The notes under the pieces were generated by a model. The model was not told the origin of the DNA and ran no database searches. It worked only from the letters and a program-made list of their open reading frames with translations. The position numbers and the translations under genes are program-made. Below, in pieces: positions 17,280-22,537 of a DNA stretch of 28,285 nucleotides (within the stretch, counting starts at the first letter, position 1; every line of letters begins with the position of its first letter). The DNA is from an uncultured Candidatus Saccharibacteria bacterium. GTDB lineage: Bacteria; Patescibacteriota; Minisyncoccia; Minisyncoccales; JAUWAW01. The stretch spans positions 1-28,285 of the forward strand of contig CAYHTF010000001.1 of assembly GCA_964359535.1 (NCBI GenBank), given 5' to 3'.

Positions 17280-17356
17280 GGCGGTCGTAGTGTAACGGTT
17301 TAGCACTGCAACCTGTGGAGTTGCCAGAGGGAGTTCAATTCTCCTCGACCGCCCCA
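17280..17356 (+). tRNA. tRNA-His(GTG), with G-1 and encoded CCA
   Basis: G-GCGGTCG...CGACCGC-C-CCA; anticodon arm GCAAC-CTGTGGA-GTTGC. Confidence 0.92.
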
Positions 17357-17405
17357 TATTTTTTTGGTCGACGGTTTTTCAATTTTCAATTCGCATCATA
17401 TCTCT

Positions 17406-17540
17406 ATGAAAAAAGGCAAAACAAACGCCAAATATCTGCTTATAGTTATTATGGCGGCTGTTACTTCCGGCCTTTTAATATGGCAGTATTTCCAGCTGGT
17501 GAGCGAAGAGTTCGCAACTATCGCCCGGCTTGTCGTATAG
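17406..17540 (+). CDS. small single-TM protein (44 aa)
   Basis: MKKGKTNAKYLLIVIMAAVTSGLLIWQYFQLVSEEFATIARLVV*, followed immediately by a strong terminator. Confidence 0.5.
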   Translation: MKKGKTNAKYLLIVIMAAVTSGLLIWQYFQLVSEEFATIARLVV

Positions 17541-17550
17541 TAAAAATATA

Positions 17551-17585
17551 AAAATCGGCAAAGGGCCGCCCTTTGCCGATTTTTT
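17551..17585 (+). terminator. rho-independent terminator
   Basis: AAAATCGGCAAAGGG-CCG-CCCTTTGCCGATTTTTT. Confidence 0.92.
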
Positions 17586-17631
17586 GTTTGTCCTCCTCCC
17601 GTTCGCGCGACCAATCCCGCGAAATGTTTTC

Positions 17632-18027
17632 CTATAAAATTTTAGAGTATTCTGGATAGTTTTCCTTTACTAAATTTTTCCAGTTCGCGGTTTCGTTACT
17701 GCCGCTCAAATCGTTTTTATGATAAACAACTAAAATATTAACAACACAAGTATTTTTATGAACAGCAATAATGCAACGGTTGCCTAAGGCGCGCCGGGAT
17801 TCTTGCGTGCCGTGAACGCGAAACTCTGTTTTGCAGATTTTTGCGCCTCCTTGGTCTGTGATAGTTTCAGCGATATTGGTCTCTCCAATAAGCGTATCAA
17901 TACGCTTAAACTCCTCACATATCGCGTTCCATGTTATATCCCAAGCTCCTTTATATTTTTTCTTAAACTTAGAGATAAAGTGCCGCTCAGCGTATTTTGC
18001 GACGATGACAGTGTAATTAGTAGACAT
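17632..18027 (-). CDS. probable toxin partner of the Panacea-domain antitoxin
   Basis: 131-aa ORF overlapping the antitoxin gene by 11 nt; RelE/HigB-like length and tone (YAERHFISKFKKKYKGAWDITWNAI...CIIAVHKNTCVVNILVVYHKNDL). Confidence 0.65.
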   Translation of the reverse strand: MSTNYTVIVAKYAERHFISKFKKKYKGAWDITWNAICEEFKRIDTLIGETNIAETITDQGGAKICKTEFRVHGTQESRRALGNRCIIAVHKNTCVVNILVVYHKNDLSGSNETANWKNLVKENYPEYSKIL

Positions 18028-18700
18028 AGTCGGGGTCTTGCTGGGTTATCAGTTCGTATGGTATGGCCTCGTCCGGGGCGCAAATTTTGTACGGGAGTTG
18101 TTCGTGGGTAAAATCGACAATGTCGCGCGTATTTTTATTTTTCCATTTCGCGCTTATCTTTTTTATAAGTTCTATTTCTTTGGTGTCCAATAGATCAAGG
18201 TTTTGATTAAAAGAAGAACCGGAAAGCGAGACAAGAAACGCGTCGCCTTTGTGGTCAACGAATATTTTGCCTTCTTCCTCAAGCTCCGCGAGCGCGCGGA
18301 AATAAGAATCTGGCACTGGGCCGTGCGCGCGGCGCAGATACTGCATTCCGCTCATGCTTTTTAGGTTTTGGTAGTACCACGCGAAATCAGCAAGGTATAA
18401 CAATTTTGCTAATTTTGTTTTTGGCACTTTGCCGTCGGCAGATACGGAAGATTTTAGGTACGCAAGGATCATCTGTTTATATTTTTCATATTCGGGCAAT
18501 GTCGCGCTGGCGAATTCCTCAATAGAAATACCGAACAAGTCTTTTAATTTTTCCGCTTCTTCCAAGGTTAATTCACGGTTTCCGCGTTCAATGCCAATAT
18601 ACGAAGGCCTTGAAATGCCAAGCTTGTCAGCCATAAAAGATTGAGGAAAACCCCGCCCCGTTCTCAACTCCCTGATGAATTGCGCGTATTTATTAATCAT
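18017..18700 (-). CDS. XRE-family HTH + Panacea (DUF4065/SocA-like) antitoxin
   Basis: IRELRTGRGFPQSFMADKLGISRPSYIGIERGNRELTLEEAEKL (HTH_3); KTKLAKLLYLADFAWY...GMQYLRRAHGPVPDSYFRALAELEEEGKI (Panacea). Confidence 0.88.
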   Translation of the reverse strand: MINKYAQFIRELRTGRGFPQSFMADKLGISRPSYIGIERGNRELTLEEAEKLKDLFGISIEEFASATLPEYEKYKQMILAYLKSSVSADGKVPKTKLAKLLYLADFAWYYQNLKSMSGMQYLRRAHGPVPDSYFRALAELEEEGKIFVDHKGDAFLVSLSGSSFNQNLDLLDTKEIELIKKISAKWKNKNTRDIVDFTHEQLPYKICAPDEAIPYELITQQDPDYVY

Positions 18701-18790
18701 ATATTTTCAGTATATAGGTTTATGTAAAAAAGTCAATCATAGCGTGTCAATAAACTTGACATATGTTTTGAAAGACAATGAAACCAAACA

Positions 18791-18823
18791 AAAACTGGCG
18801 GGAATAATTCTCGCCAGTTTTTG
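18791..18823. terminator. bidirectional rho-independent terminator
   Basis: AAAACTGGCGGGAATAATTCTCGCCAGTTTTTG. Confidence 0.85.
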
Positions 18824-18841
18824 TTATGGAACACAATATTA

Positions 18842-19087
18842 CTACTTCGGGTGCTTGATAATGTTCAAAATAAAATAGGTGTCGCCTTTAATTAGGAAGT
18901 AAAAACGAAAATTGTCATTAACTCGGCATTGCCAAATATCTCTTTCCTCGTCATATTTTTTGGCGCGCAAAGACGGATGCCTAATATTGTTTAATAAAAA
19001 ACCAAGCTGTTTTTTAAACTTTTGCTTGGTGTTTTTTGGCAGTTCTTTAAATTTATCCAAAAATGGCTCAGTAAAAATCGCTTTCAT
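18842..19087 (-). CDS. RelE/ParE-superfamily toxin
   Basis: MKAIFTEPFLDKFKELPKNTKQKFKKQL...HPSLRAKKYDEERDIWQCRVNDNFRFYFLIKGDTYFILNIIKHPK. Confidence 0.87.
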   Translation of the reverse strand: MKAIFTEPFLDKFKELPKNTKQKFKKQLGFLLNNIRHPSLRAKKYDEERDIWQCRVNDNFRFYFLIKGDTYFILNIIKHPK

Positions 19088-19091
19088 GATT

Positions 19092-19292
19092 TTACAAACC
19101 TTTCAAAAACGATATGGCTTCTTTTGCGCCATTAAGCGCTTCAGAAATTCTTCCTTCTTTAATAGCTTTTATGCCTTCTAAAACAGCCGCTCTTTCCGGG
19201 TCGTCAATCAAAACTCTCCCCTCCTTGACAGACCGAAGGGGAATTTTTAAAACTAAATAATTTTTTGTCTGGCTCACCAAAACTTGTTCCAT
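19092..19292 (-). CDS. cognate antitoxin of the RelE/ParE-like toxin
   Basis: 66-aa ORF 4 nt upstream of toxin; LVLKIPLRSVKEG (AbrB/Phd-like N-term)...AAVLEGIKAIKEGRISEALNGAKEAISFLKG. Confidence 0.75.
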   Translation of the reverse strand: MEQVLVSQTKNYLVLKIPLRSVKEGRVLIDDPERAAVLEGIKAIKEGRISEALNGAKEAISFLKGL

Positions 19293-19339
19293 AATTTTAC
19301 TGTTTTTATCATAACAAATTATCCCGCTAAAATCAAACC

Positions 19340-19487
19340 GCTCAAATTTTTGCGTCAGCTTTGTAGTTTGTGTGAGTAATTTGTAATTAGGGATAAAATT
19401 TCCGTTCTATATAAATTACGTTTTTTCCGTTTTCCAAATTACTAATTACAAACTACAAATTACTCAAAATTTCCGTTTAGCGGAAAT
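19340..19487. repeat. AT-rich inverted-repeat spacer ending in a hairpin
   Basis: GTAGTTTGTGTGAGTAATTTGTAATTAG ... ACTAATTACAAACTACAAATTAC, then AAAATTTCCGTTTAGCGGAAATTTT. Confidence 0.7.
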
Positions 19488-19493
19488 TTTATG

Positions 19494-19577
19494 TGCCGCG
19501 GGTGGGAGTTGAACCCACACGAAGTTGCCCTCACGCGATTTTGAGTCGCGCGCGTATGCCAATTCCGCCACCGCGGC
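19494..19577 (-). tRNA. tRNA-Leu(CAA)
   Basis: RC GCCGCGGTGGCGGAATTGGCATACGCGCGCGACTCAAAATCGCGTGAGGGCAACTTCGTGTGGGTTCAACTCCCACCCGCGGCA; loop CTCAAAA; class II variable arm. Confidence 0.93.
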
Positions 19578-19598
19578 ATTTATTTTTCCAGAGCGAAG

Positions 19599-19946
19599 TG
19601 GTGGAGATGGCGGGTTTTGGACCCGCATCCGAAAATTATCGCCAAAACAATTCTACAAGCTTGTCCCGATTTAATTTATCCGCGAAAAGTATGAAACCGG
19701 ACAAAAAATTTTCGCGGCTGGCCCGTTGCTTTCAACAATTCTTCCGAGTCAAAAGAACTGTATATCTCGCTGGTATGACACTCGCTTTCGCCTAGCGAGA
19801 ATTAGCGGAGCGAATGGCTTTAAGCGTATGCTAAAGCAGGTTCTTGAAATAAGTTGGCACTTATATCATTCCTCAAAGTTTTGCGAGGTTTGAGAAAACT
19901 CGGCTTGCTTGGTTTGGTTCAATTCCCGTCGAAGCATTGCATCCCC
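19599..19946 (-). ncRNA. ssrA: tmRNA (ssrA)
   Basis: RC begins GGGGATGCAATGCTTCGACGGG and ends GCGGGTCCAAAACCCGCCATCTCCACCA; 5' GGGGATG pairs with 3' CATCTCC; internal tag ORF GCCAACTTATTTCAAGAACCTGCTTTAGCATACGCTTAA; adjacent to smpB. Confidence 0.93.
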
Positions 19947-19950
19947 GTAT

Positions 19951-20400
19951 TTAGGATTTTTCGTTCAGCGTTCTCCGTATCTCTCTTTCCGTTTCCCTTT
20001 TTTTAATTTTCTCTCTTTTGTCAATTTCCCTCAGGCCTTTCACTAAGGCGAATTCCAGCTTGATTTTGCCGGCCTTACTATACAGCTTTAAAGGCACCAT
20101 GGTCAAGCCCTTTTGCCGGCTTTTACCCAGCAGATATTTGATTTCCTTCTTTTGTAAGAGCAATTTTCTGGAGCGGTCTGGTGAATAGTCAACGGGCGTG
20201 TTGTTCGGCTGATAAGGCGGAATGTTAGCGCCAATCAAAAAGGCCTCCTCCTCTTTAAAAACCACATAAGCGCCGCGCAAGCCAACTCTTCCGGTTCTGA
20301 TAGATTTAACTTCCTGTCCCAGCAAAACCATACCCGCTTCAAAGGTTTCCAGAATCTCGTAAGAATGGCCGGCAAATTTATTGACCGCTAATGCTTTCAT
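19951..20400 (-). CDS. smpB: SsrA-binding protein SmpB (ORF open to 20460)
   Basis: NKFAGHSYEILETFEAGMVLLGQEVKSIRTGRVGLRGAYVVF...PDRSRKLLLQKKEIKYLLG...GLTMVPLKLYSKAGKIKLEFALVKGLREIDKREKIKKRETEREIRR. Confidence 0.96.
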   Translation of the reverse strand: MKALAVNKFAGHSYEILETFEAGMVLLGQEVKSIRTGRVGLRGAYVVFKEEEAFLIGANIPPYQPNNTPVDYSPDRSRKLLLQKKEIKYLLGKSRQKGLTMVPLKLYSKAGKIKLEFALVKGLREIDKREKIKKRETEREIRRTLNEKS

Positions 20401-20444
20401 GCCTCTATAATAGCATTTTCGCTGATTTTGGGCTATATTGAAAT

Positions 20445-21941
20445 ATGATGCTCCGAACAAAAATCAAAAAACTGCTCAAAGAAATAATCGGCCAGGAAGC
20501 GCGTCTGGAACATCCGGCTAATTTGGCTTTTGGCGATTATTCCACTAACGCGGCTATGGTGGCCAAGCTCAACCCACAAGAATTGGCTGAGAAATTAAGC
20601 GCCAACCCGCTTTTTGAAAAAGTGGAGGCGGTCAATGGTTTTGTCAACTTTTTTTTGTCGGGCAAATGTTTACGCCAGGAATTGGCTGATGTTTTAAAAC
20701 GGGGCGATAAATTTGGCGATATTAATCTTGGAAAAAATAAAAAGGTTCAAGTTGAGTTTATCTCGGCCAATCCAACCGGTCCTTTAACCGTGGGCAATGG
20801 CCGAGGCGGGTTTATGGGCGATTGTCTGGCCAATGTTTTGCGAGCCGCCGGCTTTGCTGTCCAGAGGGAATATTATATCAATGACCGCGGCACACAGATA
20901 GAGAGCTTGAAAAAAGGGCTTTACAAGGGCGAAGAGCGAACTTGGAATAAAATTCAAAAAGAAAATCAGAAGTTTATCGCCAAAAAATTGCGGATTAAGT
21001 TTGATGTTTGGTTTTCGGAAAAATCGCTTTATAAAACCAAGCAGGTTGAGAGCGTTTTGAGTTTACTGGAAAGAAAATGTCTCACTTATCGCCAAGAAAA
21101 CGCGCTTTGGCTCAAAACCATGGAGTTCGGCGACGACAAAGACAGGGTACTGGTTAGGAAAGACGGAGAGCCCACATATTTTCTGTCGGACATTGCTTAT
21201 TTTAAAAACAAAATGGCTAGGGGCTTCACTCAGGTGATTAATCTGTGGGGAGCCGACCATCACGGCTATGTGCCCCGGTATCACGCGATGATCAAGGCGC
21301 TGGGATACTCTGCGGAAAAATGGCAACCCATAATATTTCAGCTGGTTCAACTGCTCAAGAACGGCAAGGAAGTCAAGATGTCCAAAAGAAAAGGCGTTTT
21401 TATTTCGTTGGAGTGGCTGATTGGCGAAGTGGGGCTGGACGCGGCTAGATTCTTTTTCTTGACCCGAAGCGCGGACAATCATTTGAATTTTGATTTGGGT
21501 TTGGCCAAAGAACAGTCGGACAATAATCCGGTTTATTATATTCAGTACGCGCACGCCCGCATTTGCAGCATTTTGCGAAAGTTCAAAGCGGAAAACTCGA
21601 AATTTCGACACATCGACACCTCTACATCTCGAAATTTCAAACTGCTAAAACACCCGAGCGAATTGCGATTGATAAAACAACTGATTAAACTGCCGGAAAT
21701 TATTGAGGATACCACGCGCGATTATCAAGTACAGAGAGTGCCGCAGTACGCTCTGGATTTGGCCGCGGCTTTTCATCAGTTTTATCGCGACTGCAAGGTT
21801 TTGGAAGCAGACAAAAAAACCAGCGAAGCCCCGCACCATACGGCGCAGGGGCAAGCCCGTTTGGCGCTGGTTTTAGCCGCTCAAATCGTTCTCAAAAAAA
21901 CACTCGGCCTAATGGGCATTTCTTCTCCCGCCAAAATGTAG
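20445..21941 (+). CDS. argS: arginyl-tRNA synthetase
   Basis: NLAFGDYSTNAAMVAK, VQVEFISANPTGPLTVGNGRGG, TYFLSDIAYFKNK...VINLWGADHHGYVPR, GKEVKMSKRKG, ArgRS anticodon-binding region YAHARICSI...FHQFYRDCKV. Confidence 0.96.
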   Translation: MMLRTKIKKLLKEIIGQEARLEHPANLAFGDYSTNAAMVAKLNPQELAEKLSANPLFEKVEAVNGFVNFFLSGKCLRQELADVLKRGDKFGDINLGKNKKVQVEFISANPTGPLTVGNGRGGFMGDCLANVLRAAGFAVQREYYINDRGTQIESLKKGLYKGEERTWNKIQKENQKFIAKKLRIKFDVWFSEKSLYKTKQVESVLSLLERKCLTYRQENALWLKTMEFGDDKDRVLVRKDGEPTYFLSDIAYFKNKMARGFTQVINLWGADHHGYVPRYHAMIKALGYSAEKWQPIIFQLVQLLKNGKEVKMSKRKGVFISLEWLIGEVGLDAARFFFLTRSADNHLNFDLGLAKEQSDNNPVYYIQYAHARICSILRKFKAENSKFRHIDTSTSRNFKLLKHPSELRLIKQLIKLPEIIEDTTRDYQVQRVPQYALDLAAAFHQFYRDCKVLEADKKTSEAPHHTAQGQARLALVLAAQIVLKKTLGLMGISSPAKM

Positions 21942-21944
21942 AAA

Positions 21945-22502
21945 TTATAAGCCAAGGGTTTCGGCAATATCTTGCATTCCGCCCAGGGCGATTTCAATGA
22001 ATTTTTCCAAGGCGATTCCCAGCAATCCCTCGCACATATTGATAATTTCTCTTTTGGCGCCCTTGGCGAATGATTTTTCCGGCAAGCGGTTAAGAACATT
22101 TTCCGTTTTCAGCTCGCTTATTTTTTTATTGGGCAAAACAAGGGTGCTGGCCACAATCAGGCCAGTTAAAGGGTCAACGCAAAACAGAGCTTTGGCCATT
22201 TTGCTTTCCGGAGCAATGCCGTGCGCCTCGTTGTGCGTCAAAACCGCTTGGCAGGTTTCTTCGTCCAGCCCCTGTTCTTTGAGCATATCGTAGCCCAGCT
22301 TTGAATGTGTTGAGGGATCGCCTTGGCTTTTTTTGTAGTCAATGTCGTGCAAAAGCCCGCAAATGCCCCATTGATCCTCGTTCTCGCCAAAATGACGGGC
22401 TAATTGACGCATAGCCGCCTCTACGGCCAAAGAGTGTTTGAGCAGATTTTGATTCTGCAAATTTTGTTTTAACAGGTTTAGCGCTTGTTCTCTTTCCATT
22501 TT
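21945..22502 (-). CDS. HD-domain phosphohydrolase (ORF open to 22538)
   Basis: NLLKHSLAVEAAMRQLARHF, WGICGLLHDIDYKKS, THSKLG...VLTHNEAHG. Confidence 0.88.
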   Translation of the reverse strand, partial: KMEREQALNLLKQNLQNQNLLKHSLAVEAAMRQLARHFGENEDQWGICGLLHDIDYKKSQGDPSTHSKLGYDMLKEQGLDEETCQAVLTHNEAHGIAPESKMAKALFCVDPLTGLIVASTLVLPNKKISELKTENVLNRLPEKSFAKGAKREIINMCEGLLGIALEKFIEIALGGMQDIAETLGL

Positions 22503-22537
22503 TTCTATTTTATCATAAATTTTGTTAAACTTAAACA

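Noticed and set aside
17803-18111. Plus-strand ORFs antisense to the Panacea toxin
   Set aside because: Antisense to a coding pair with clear overlap architecture; arginine/valine/cysteine-biased shadow translation.
19493-19795. ORF 19493..19795 (MPRVGVEPTRSCPHAILSRARMPIPPP...)
   Set aside because: This is the classic spurious translation of tRNA-Leu and tmRNA reverse strands.
22105-22498. HD protein as a Cas3-like or dGTPase defence protein
   Set aside because: Short single HD domain with no helicase; looks like a general metal-dependent phosphohydrolase.
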